IMG/VR virus record: IMGVR_UViG_3300045995_000722
Length of the DNA stretch: 64,000 bases
DNA from: a virus
Reading direction: 5' to 3' (one strand)
Positions 57,005-64,000 of this stretch are shown here, piece by piece; position 1 is the stretch's first letter, and every line of letters begins with the position of its first letter. The notes beneath the pieces were generated by a model, which was not told the DNA's origin, did not search any database, and worked only from the letters and a program-made list of their open reading frames with translations. A program made the position numbers and the translations under genes.

Positions 57005-57295
57005 ATGGTGTCACTAAAGGAAAAAGTAGGACAAATGAATGGGTTGGGAATCAAACTCGCCAATACCATTGAACATAATCCCGATCTATTTGAGTTGTTG
57101 ACTTCTGACGAAACAGATACTATTTATGGTGTTGCTGATGGACTCACGGAAGAATTTGTCATGCAACGCATAGAAGGTCGTTGTTCCTTACAAGCAATGT
57201 TAGATTGGTCTTGTGATAAATTGGAAGGTTTTGTTGATACTCGTTTGAAAGAATTGCATAACATAGGGGAAAAACTACTTCTGGGGAATTCCTAG
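57005..57295 (+). CDS. hypothetical protein
   Basis: Flanked by repeats. Confidence 0.75.
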   Translation: MVSLKEKVGQMNGLGIKLANTIEHNPDLFELLTSDETDTIYGVADGLTEEFVMQRIEGRCSLQAMLDWSCDKLEGFVDTRLKELHNIGEKLLLGNS

Positions 57296-57363
57296 TTTTG
57301 GTTTTCAATCCTTGTTTCTGGTATAGTATAATGTAAGCCAAATACCTTGGAGGAGGTCAAGAA

Positions 57364-57777
57364 ATGATTCGTGGTATGGATTGTCAGTCACCCGCAATAT
57401 GTGTTTTATCCGAATCTCCTGAAGTGTTTTATCTTACTGGTAGCCGCTTCTTCGGAACGGAGGCAGAATTCTCTGACTACGATTTTTTCGTCCAGCGGGC
57501 AGCAATGGGGACAAGTGAGCGACATCTAGTAAGGAACGGTTTTCGGTTGGATAGTGACACCCGGTATTCTGACAAGGTTTACATTCGGGACAATGTCCAT
57601 GTTCAGATAGTGGGAAACGCCCCACTGAAGAACCGAATTCAAGACCTCATGAAGAGGATGTTGCCAAAAGAAGACTTGCGGCTTCTCCTTACCGATAAGG
57701 TCAGAGCACGACGATTGTGGTCGCTATTCAATAGTCTGGTGATGGTCGATCCAACAAAACCGGAAAGAGCTTGGTAG
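57364..57777 (+). CDS. minimal nucleotidyltransferase (Pol-beta superfamily)
   Basis: YLTGSRFFG....SDYDFF. Confidence 0.7.
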   Translation: MIRGMDCQSPAICVLSESPEVFYLTGSRFFGTEAEFSDYDFFVQRAAMGTSERHLVRNGFRLDSDTRYSDKVYIRDNVHVQIVGNAPLKNRIQDLMKRMLPKEDLRLLLTDKVRARRLWSLFNSLVMVDPTKPERAW

Positions 57778-57939
57778 GTTAAGTAAGGACAGGGCAGGGG
57801 AACTCCACAAAGGGAAATCTCATCTACGGTAGGATGGGGTTTCCCACTTTATTTGATATGCGAACTACACCAATTTTATTGTTATTCAATTTTGGTTTTG
57901 AATTCTTAATATTGGTATAATATAGTGGAGGAACTGAAA

Positions 57940-58155
57940 ATGCTGATATTTAATATAACTCCACAACCGCAACTCCAAGAAAGATATCCCATGTTTAAGG
58001 TGGAACCTCAAACAGAAGAAAGCAAGAATTGGCTTCGACTCCACCCTGAATATAATAGGGATTTTCTTGACATATTCTATCTTCAAGGGTTCATATTTGA
58101 TGTGGAAGTGTCCAGTGGAAATGTCCTTGAAAATGGGGTCAAACAGTTCGTTTGA
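57940..58155 (+). CDS. hypothetical protein
   Basis: Flanked by repeats. Confidence 0.7.
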   Translation: MLIFNITPQPQLQERYPMFKVEPQTEESKNWLRLHPEYNRDFLDIFYLQGFIFDVEVSSGNVLENGVKQFV

Positions 58156-58207
58156 TTCTTGGTTTTCAATCCCCAACTAGGGTATATTATAGTAGTGGAG
58201 GGACAAG

Positions 58208-58375
58208 ATGGAAACAGTTGAATACAGAGTCCGTGAGTTTGAGAAGGTTTCTACCCCATACGTAGAATTCCCAGCGAAGATCAAAATCATAAAACCAGAT
58301 GGCGAAACTAACTGGTTAGATATTACTGAAGATGAGCTTTCCCGTATCCGTGAATTACTTTGCACTGTGAAGTAG
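58208..58375 (+). CDS. hypothetical protein (55 aa)
   Basis: Manually translated; after repeat/SD. Confidence 0.7.
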   Translation: METVEYRVREFEKVSTPYVEFPAKIKIIKPDGETNWLDITEDELSRIRELLCTVK

Positions 58376-58450
58376 GGGATTTCCCCTTTTTATTTTAATG
58401 CGAACTAACCCGAAAACAAAAATAATCAGTTTTAAGATTAGTGATATGAA

Positions 58451-58663
58451 CTATCTCATTAGATGTGTGATCGGTGAGTATGGATGTGGTGTTTTTGGCG
58501 TTTTTTGTGATTGAATATTGTCATATTTCTCAAGAATCAACATAGCTTCACCAACTTTTTGCCCGATACCTGCTCTGGTTTCATCGCCATGACTGCGATT
58601 ATCAGCCTCTTTCTTTAACATCTTGATTCGTTCTTCAAGCCATGTTTTGAATTTATCTTCCAT
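58451..58663 (-). CDS. hypothetical protein, paralog of 55933..56136
   Basis: High similarity; after repeat/SD. Confidence 0.75.
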   Translation of the reverse strand: MEDKFKTWLEERIKMLKKEADNRSHGDETRAGIGQKVGEAMLILEKYDNIQSQKTPKTPHPYSPITHLMR

Positions 58664-58786
58664 TGGGGTTTCCTCCATTACTATACCCAAACTAGAATTA
58701 TAAAACCAAAACTAGTAAGTGGTATTATTTATATTCTCTCAACCACCAATAGAAAACCTTCAAAGTCTATGGTGAAACCCCTGGTT

Positions 58787-59017
58787 TTATGCTTCTTGTG
58801 TTCCGCACTTACAATATATCCAAATTCCTCCAACATCTATGCAAGCAGTAAAAGTGGCTATTTCTCCGCACCTGGAGCATTTGATGGTTCCTCTTGCTGA
58901 TCTTCCTTGTTCATTTACTCTGAAAGATATTAGAGAACTACCAAGATGATTTTTCAGCATTGATTCTATCATTTGGGTTTTCTCCAAAATGGATTTGGTG
59001 AGAACCATACGGTTCAT
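58787..59017 (-). CDS. Zn-ribbon protein
   Basis: CSRC...CKC. Confidence 0.65.
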   Translation of the reverse strand: MNRMVLTKSILEKTQMIESMLKNHLGSSLISFRVNEQGRSARGTIKCSRCGEIATFTACIDVGGIWIYCKCGTQEA

Positions 59018-59082
59018 CTTTAATCACGGGCTAGTGAACCAAACCATTATATTATACCACAAAAAGAGTTTCAAAACCAAAA

Positions 59083-59442
59083 CTAGTAAGTGGTAACATC
59101 TACAAGTGACTTCAAATGATCGGGACATCTGCCAGGTGTCCACTTGCCACAGAATTGATAAGCCTCTGGCTTTTCAACTTCCTTGAGAAGTTTTACCTGG
59201 TTGTAGTAGGGGCGAACCCTGAAAACACAACAATCAATAATGAAGTCAACACAGAGGAATTCTTGTGGTCCAGGTCTTGCAAAAACACAAGGAACATTAA
59301 TAGCCCCAACCAAACCAACCATACCAGGTGTTATGGTCACGGTTTTCTTGCCCCTCATATGTTCACCCGAACAAGACTTATCAGAACATATCATTTCCTC
59401 AGTAAGAGTTACGGTGTCCCCAACTTTTATCTTTTTATTCAT
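59083..59442 (-). CDS. Cys-containing hypothetical protein
   Basis: TAATG overlap; TAG abuts repeat. Confidence 0.7.
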   Translation of the reverse strand: MNKKIKVGDTVTLTEEMICSDKSCSGEHMRGKKTVTITPGMVGLVGAINVPCVFARPGPQEFLCVDFIIDCCVFRVRPYYNQVKLLKEVEKPEAYQFCGKWTPGRCPDHLKSLVDVTTY

Positions 59443-59666
59443 TATAATGCCTTCAATGGAAAATCAGGGTGAGTATCACACCACAATTTGATGTCAGCAA
59501 GTTTTGCGGGGAGTAAACGATCAAAATACTTAATCCCCTTTTCTGCTGCTCTCTTGTGAGGTTCACTATCTACTCTAACCCGAAATACAACTCTTGCATC
59601 ATTTTGCCAAGAACCATACTGAGCCACATAAAATCTGAACCGACCATCACCAAATCTGAATGTCAT
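59442..59666 (-). CDS. hypothetical protein
   Basis: After repeat/SD. Confidence 0.7.
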   Translation of the reverse strand: MTFRFGDGRFRFYVAQYGSWQNDARVVFRVRVDSEPHKRAAEKGIKYFDRLLPAKLADIKLWCDTHPDFPLKAL

Positions 59667-59764
59667 CTCATCCCTCTATTATATTATACCCTAAACCAAT
59701 AATCAAAACCAAAACTGAATAACCGATAAATCTGCGGTAGTTCGCATTATCTTTCACCCCAAAA

Positions 59765-59804
59765 TAGACAAAGGACATGGAAGTGATCCCATGTCCTTTG
59801 TCTA
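59765..59804 (-). terminator. intrinsic terminator
   Basis: 16-bp IR TAGACAAAGGACATGG / CCATGTCCTTTGTCTA. Confidence 0.8.
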
Positions 59805-59982
59805 CTAACTTATTTTAGGTTGTATTATACCTTGATGATAGTTGTAGAGTTTCCCCCGCCACAGGCTAGGATTCACAAGTCCCCCCGCTTTAAGCTAGGA
59901 TTCTCACCATCATTGTTGGCTTGGTGGAGGAAATTCCATACTAAACAACCCCGGAAGTTGGTGACATATCATATCTCTCTCC
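59765..59982 (-). ncRNA. candidate ncRNA cassette A
   Basis: Repeat promoter, no substantial ORF, internal tandem GTG(A)GAATCCTAGC..GCGGGGG, strong terminator. Confidence 0.4.
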
Positions 59983-60139
59983 ACCATTATATTATACCAC
60001 AAACCAAGAATCAAAACCAAATTGAACGATCAAAAACTGAATAATCCCCAATCCTTCCTAGTTCGCATTTCCCCCAAATGCAAAACCGGTGCGAACTCTT
60101 GCCGCACCAGGTCTTGCCACTCTACTATTCTATACCTTT

Positions 60140-60405
60140 TTTCAATATACTATGAATTGGTAGTCTGTTTTACTCCTCCTCGACTACTTGGGTTAAACCC
60201 AATATCAAGCAAGGCTTTCAGACAGGTTTAATTCTGAACTCTGAGATTTGGTCATGACTTCCATCCTCAGTACCAACCCGTAGGGCATAAATTTTAGCAT
60301 AACACTTTGCCAGTTTGTTATACTAAGTGGAGGAGATTCCATACCACTAGCCAGGGAGCGAACCTTTCGTTAGTGGACTTTGGATTCTCACGTCGCTCTC
60401 TTCAC
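60140..60405 (-). ncRNA. candidate ncRNA cassette B (paralog of A); a 45-codon ORF is an alternative
   Basis: Near-identical promoter to A; shares GTATGGAATYTCCTCCAC and GTGAGAATCC. Confidence 0.35.
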
Positions 60406-60668
60406 CACCATTATACTATACCACAAACCAAGAATCAAAACCAAATTCCTGACAGATCATAAGAAAATTTCCCTAGTTCGCACATTCCCCATACTCAATT
60501 TTTCAGGGGCAGCTAGTTACACCTTGTAACCAACTGCCCCATTCAAGTGTGATCAAAAAAAATAAATAATTTTATTTTGTGTTTTTTGACTCTACTTCAT
60601 GACTACTTCCCAACCTTTCTCACTAGATAGTCGTTGCAAAAAATAAATAAAGGTTCATTGCTCAGATG

Positions 60669-60860
60669 TTACGCTGTAGCTTTTCCCTCCCCTTTTGACC
60701 CCAGTATTTCAGAAAGACGCTTGGGCTTAAGCCCCACAATAACAGATTCCCCGTCAGCTTGTATCTCATCCCATAAGGAATTGCGGAGAGAATCTTCTAT
60801 GAATTCACGGGTTGTTTTGCTTGGATTTCCAGTGAAAAAAGCTCGTCTTGATTTCAGCAT
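60669..60860 (-). CDS. hypothetical protein
   Basis: After repeat/SD. Confidence 0.65.
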   Translation of the reverse strand: MLKSRRAFFTGNPSKTTREFIEDSLRNSLWDEIQADGESVIVGLKPKRLSEILGSKGEGKATA

Positions 60861-60909
60861 CGGACTTCCTCCACTATACTATACCAATAACTAGAAATGA
60901 AAACCAAAA

Positions 60910-61383
60910 CTAATACCGGGTTTTGACCTTGAATGTTCGGTTATCAGTTGCATTCGGCACTGAATTAACCATAGCAGGAGAAAGAGCAGTATATACCCTT
61001 CCATTTCCCATTGCGGTCATTTTTTCCGCTAATTCTTTTACCCAGCGTTCTGCATCAAAAAAATTGGTGGCAGAAACCAACTGAGTTTCCCATTGTTCTT
61101 CTTCTTTTTCTCCATCTTTACACATAAAAACAACAGAATAAAGGTGAAGGGATTCTTTCTTATGGGTCAACTTCCCCGCCATTTCTAGGGAATCTTCGTT
61201 TGCCTCAAGCAAAGTTTCAACCAAGGCATGTATGTCATGAGTGTCCATGTGTGGAATATAAGGAGCAGTATCCATGTGGAAGTATACTCCATCTTTGTAG
61301 GAGTCTACTTGAACTATTCCTTTGTCCATTACAGCTTCTTGAACAAAAAATCCCATTCCACATCGTTTCTTGAATCTGAGCAT
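60910..61383 (-). CDS. hypothetical protein
   Basis: Flanked by repeats. Confidence 0.75.
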   Translation of the reverse strand: MLRFKKRCGMGFFVQEAVMDKGIVQVDSYKDGVYFHMDTAPYIPHMDTHDIHALVETLLEANEDSLEMAGKLTHKKESLHLYSVVFMCKDGEKEEEQWETQLVSATNFFDAERWVKELAEKMTAMGNGRVYTALSPAMVNSVPNATDNRTFKVKTRY

Positions 61384-61690
61384 CGGACTTCCTCCATTAT
61401 ACTATACCCGGAAATTGGAATCAAAACCAAAAAACTGATTATCTCTAAATCCCCGATAGTTCGCATAATAATGAGAACAAGAAAAGCACGGTGGAATCGG
61501 AAGTCACGATCTTCCGATGTAATCTGCCCCGTGCTTTTCCTGCGTCCCTGCCCTGTCGTCCGAAATCTACTTGGGTAGCATCAGTATCCAGATGCACAAC
61601 CCGAAGCAAATGAAAAATCCTGTATTAGCGGTAGCATCCAAAATCCGTTCTTTCATTGTTGTCTCCACTATATTATACCCGGAAGAAGGT

Positions 61691-61882
61691 TTAGAAACCA
61701 AATTCTTCTTCTTCTTCATTCCGTGTAGCTTTTGAATTAGCAGGTTGAATATCCCACTGCTCGGGGACTTTGTCTCCTACCTCCAGTCCAAAACAAGCAT
61801 TGGGGGCTTCTACAAAGTAATAGTTATCCCCTATTCTCTCAGCTATTCCTCCACCTTGGGTTCCGTATACAGGATTACTCAT
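61691..61882 (-). CDS. hypothetical protein
   Basis: After repeat/SD. Confidence 0.75.
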   Translation of the reverse strand: MSNPVYGTQGGGIAERIGDNYYFVEAPNACFGLEVGDKVPEQWDIQPANSKATRNEEEEEFGF

Positions 61883-61931
61883 TGGACTTCCTCCATTATA
61901 CTATACCTAGTTCGAGTATTCAAAACCAAAA

Positions 61932-62150
61932 CTAAATACAATGGGCGTATTCTACCCCTTGGGATTCTACCAAAAGATCAGCAAAAAAATCCAAAGCATC
62001 AGCAGCATTATGGAAATTCACGGATTTGCTAATCAAAACTTCTGCATCAGGGGCATATAAGTATACCAATCTATACTTGAAAGGATTTGGCTTCTTATCC
62101 CAACAAGTTAGTTTGATCCCAAAAGTTTCAAGCAGTGTACGAGTTTTCAT
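61932..62150 (-). CDS. hypothetical protein
   Basis: Flanked by repeats. Confidence 0.7.
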   Translation of the reverse strand: MKTRTLLETFGIKLTCWDKKPNPFKYRLVYLYAPDAEVLISKSVNFHNAADALDFFADLLVESQGVEYAHCI

Positions 62151-62258
62151 TGGTTTCCCCTCTACTATACTATACCAGAAAACCAAATTCAAAACCAAAA
62201 CTGAATAATCTAAAACCCCTATTAGTTCGCACATTAGAATAAGGGGAAAAATTTCCCC

Positions 62259-62627
62259 TTATTCAGCAAAAGTTCTGATCTCGTCACCAGTCAAACCCAA
62301 TCCCCATATTTCATTATAGTCCTGCAAAACAGCTATCTTACAATCGATAGGCAACTTGGCAAAGTTGATTTTCTTTCCAAGGTGACTATAGGTAGGTCGA
62401 TCAATCTGTGTTGGGGACTCCCCATGTTGTCCTATCCCCTGCGGGTGAAACGGCGAAGCGTTCATGCCTAAGTATTGAAACCAACCATCTCTTTCTCGGT
62501 AATTTCCCGTATAAACCACGGTGTAACGATCCATAGCCCCATCTGGTCCAGAATCATATACCCGTATATTTTTCGGCTGGTTGTCAGGCAACAAACTTTC
62601 TCGTCTTTCCTCTTGTCTCTTGGTCAT
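62259..62627 (-). CDS. conserved phage hypothetical protein
   Basis: YD.G....DRYTVVY...M.A.PFHPQG.GQ.G...HLGK.I.F.KLP..C. Confidence 0.8.
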   Translation of the reverse strand: MTKRQEERRESLLPDNQPKNIRVYDSGPDGAMDRYTVVYTGNYRERDGWFQYLGMNASPFHPQGIGQHGESPTQIDRPTYSHLGKKINFAKLPIDCKIAVLQDYNEIWGLGLTGDEIRTFAE

Positions 62628-62881
62628 GTGATTTCCCTCTACTATACTATACCCAGAAACTAAATTCAAAACCAAAAAACTGAATAAACCAAAATTCCCC
62701 TTAGTTCGCATTATTCCCATAATAAACAATGAGGGGGCAGGAAACCGGTTTCCTCCCCCTCTGTTGCAGTTCAAAAATTAAATTAAAAGTGTATTAGTTT
62801 TGTATTGTTTACGCGATAACCACCCTCTTTCTTGTTTTCTTCTATTATACTATACCGGGTTCGGGGTTTCAAAACCAAAAA

Positions 62882-63487
62882 CTAATCAAGCCTTCCATCG
62901 GCGTGTGCCCTGATTCCTGCCTCTGCCAAAACACCCGCGTAAGCTCTAGCCCAAGCCATTTTACGCTCGTATGACTGGCTACGATCACGAGGGTAAATAA
63001 TCATAGCCCTCTGATAATCGCTATAACCTCCCCCATGATGCTTCTTGGCATAGTTCGCCGCTTGGGAATTTGCTGGGCGAATTGTTACCCAACCGAACCC
63101 ACAAACTCCTTCGGGAACATGCCATTCTTGTTTAACCCGTGAATTATCATCTAACGGGTTGACATGTTGCTGTACAATCATAGGAATAGGTGTCACCGCG
63201 TCATACGCCTCTTTCCCTGCCTTCTCAGCGGCAAGGAATAGCTTTCGCAATTCAACCTTCCCAAAGTGAGGGTTTGCCTCTTTCATGGTTTGTGGCAACT
63301 TATCCAGAGTATGAAAAGTTGAAACCCCATGTAAGTTGGCATACTCATGAGTGATTGGCTCTTCGGTTTCGGTCCAAGGTCGCTCACCTTCTGAACGAGT
63401 TCTGAGCCAATAGGACTTTGACTTGGTACTTGTCACAATCACAAAAGGCTCTTTGTTTCTTGGGTGAAATTCTCGTTTCCAGTTCAT
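62882..63487 (-). CDS. conserved phage hypothetical protein
   Basis: GVCGFGWV.I.PA...SQSYERK.A.A.AYA.VL...GI.A....RLD. Confidence 0.85.
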   Translation of the reverse strand: MNWKREFHPRNKEPFVIVTSTKSKSYWLRTRSEGERPWTETEEPITHEYANLHGVSTFHTLDKLPQTMKEANPHFGKVELRKLFLAAEKAGKEAYDAVTPIPMIVQQHVNPLDDNSRVKQEWHVPEGVCGFGWVTIRPANSQAANYAKKHHGGGYSDYQRAMIIYPRDRSQSYERKMAWARAYAGVLAEAGIRAHADGRLD

Positions 63488-63619
63488 CGGGGTTTCCTCC
63501 ATTATACTATACCCAAAACAATAATTGAAAACCAAAGTTGGGCGCCCAAAACTGAAAGTAAAACTGAATAAAATAATTGGGGGCTTAGTTCGCATATAAA
63601 ATTAGGGGGCGATTTGCCC

Positions 63620-63829
63620 CTAGTACTCGGTGGTCTCGGATTCGTGAAGGTCTCTCACAAATTCATAACCGATTCCATCGATAACAAGTACCCAACCTGA
63701 ATAATGATCGTTTTGCTGGTACAGTTCGTAATTATCAAGAGAAGGATTAAAGATCACAGCACTTCCATTTGATCTTTTTTCGACCAACTCATAATCAGAA
63801 TCTTCGATTTTTTCTCTGTTTTGACTCAT
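63620..63829 (-). CDS. hypothetical protein
   Basis: TAATG overlap. Confidence 0.7.
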   Translation of the reverse strand: MSQNREKIEDSDYELVEKRSNGSAVIFNPSLDNYELYQQNDHYSGWVLVIDGIGYEFVRDLHESETTEY

Positions 63830-63999
63830 TATGGAATCCTTTGCGGAACGCCTACAAACACAGGTTCGGAATTGGTGATGCCCAGAAACATAGGTCTGAT
63901 GTAAAGCCCGTTATCGTCCAGAGCCTTGCGAGTAGTGGGATCAATTTCGATCAAAGTGACGGTAAACAGCGGCTTTCCACCAAACTCTCCATGATACTT
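63829..63999 (-). CDS. hypothetical protein, 5'-truncated by window
   Basis: Open frame from window end to TAA. Confidence 0.55.
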   Translation of the reverse strand, partial: KYHGEFGGKPLFTVTLIEIDPTTRKALDDNGLYIRPMFLGITNSEPVFVGVPQRIP

Positions 64000-64000
64000 C

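Larger units (their letters stand above)
30928..58200 (+). promoter_or_regulatory. Block 3 of repeated element (~55 copies)
   Basis: Copies precede most genes, e.g. 31142, 32555, 33263, 33757, 34870, 35236, 38957, 39683, 41146, 41583, 41954, 44926, 45608, 46377, 49227, 51860, 54971, 55884, 56450, 57890. Confidence 0.9.
58675..63536 (-). promoter_or_regulatory. Block 4 of repeated element (~13 copies, minus strand)
   Basis: Reverse-complement copies near 58675, 59048, 59676, 59985, 60410, 60873, 61395, 61666, 61893, 62163, 62641, 62845, 63500. Confidence 0.9.
14802..63594. repeat. Second dispersed bipartite motif TGCGAACTA-N15(16)-TAYTCARTTTT (inverted-box variant TAGTTCGCA-N9/10-TAYTCA), ~24 copies
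   Basis: Seen at 14802, 16698, 26669, 45575, 51239, 52680, 53849, 55452, 56912, 57859, 58399; inverted box at 19131, 37180, 42672, 44251, 50044, 60474; minus strand at 59738, 60059, 61457, 62223, 62702, 63586. Confidence 0.85.

Noticed and set aside
58714-58740. Second TATAAATA (minus strand) as a late promoter
   Set aside because: No ORF or RBS follows before the next repeat element; it is probably a chance match in AT-rich DNA.
186-62663. Numerous antisense or overlapping ORFs in the six-frame track (e.g. 970..1503-, 15586..15906-, 37741..38133-, 52651..53220-)
   Set aside because: They shadow better-supported genes on the opposite strand, lack promoter/SD, and have low-complexity Phe/Ile/Leu-rich composition.
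610-63536. The dispersed repeat as a CRISPR array
   Set aside because: Inter-repeat distances are gene-sized and variable, the repeat has a variable 14-bp core, and there is no cas operon. The single Cas4-like gene is a solo PD-(D/E)XK protein.
610-63536. The repeat as a classical integron attC site
   Set aside because: There are no GTTRRRY/RYYYAAC ends, no internal palindrome able to form the attC hairpin, and no tyrosine integrase in the window.
1-64000. Stop-codon reassignment (alternative genetic code)
   Set aside because: Long recognisable genes are intact in code 11, TAG/TAA/TGA all terminate genes at cassette edges, and no suppressor tRNA is present.
1-64000. Archaeal virus origin, suggested by the BHB intron and TATA-rich motif
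   Set aside because: The -35/17 bp/-10 geometry, bacterial-type tRNAs with encoded CCA, LuxR, ArdC, RfaE-II and bL12-like genes all favour a bacterial host. Not fully excluded without a homology search.

Overview
AT-rich fragment of what is most likely a large (jumbo) bacteriophage genome, covering its early/accessory region. It holds about 170 mostly tiny hypothetical ORFs, and I recognised no capsid, terminase or replisome genes. Recognisable products: two RNA ligases (Rnl1-like, Rnl2-like), UDP-glucuronate decarboxylase, RfaE-II-type nucleotidyltransferase, ArdC, DUF932, a Cas4/RecB-like PD-(D/E)XK protein, an HNH protein, an ART-fold protein, a LuxR HTH, a bL12-CTD-like protein and a CopG-antitoxin-like protein. 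There are three intact tRNAs (Glu-TTC, Gln-TTG, Lys-TTT) and a fourth tRNA gene interrupted by an 86-nt insert that folds into an archaeal-type bulge-helix-bulge and lies directly upstream of an RNA ligase. The dominant structure is a ~45-bp element, (TAG)TTTTGGTTTT-N14-GGTATARTATART-GGAGG, present about 100 times by manual count. It combines a stop codon, a sigma70-geometry promoter and an SD, and cuts the region into one-gene cassettes arranged in four strand blocks. About two dozen copies of a second bipartite motif, TGCGAACTA-N15-TAYTCARTTTT, usually follow terminators and head groups of cassettes. Several cassettes hold structured non-coding RNA candidates instead of ORFs. All family assignments come from motif recognition by eye; no database searches were run.
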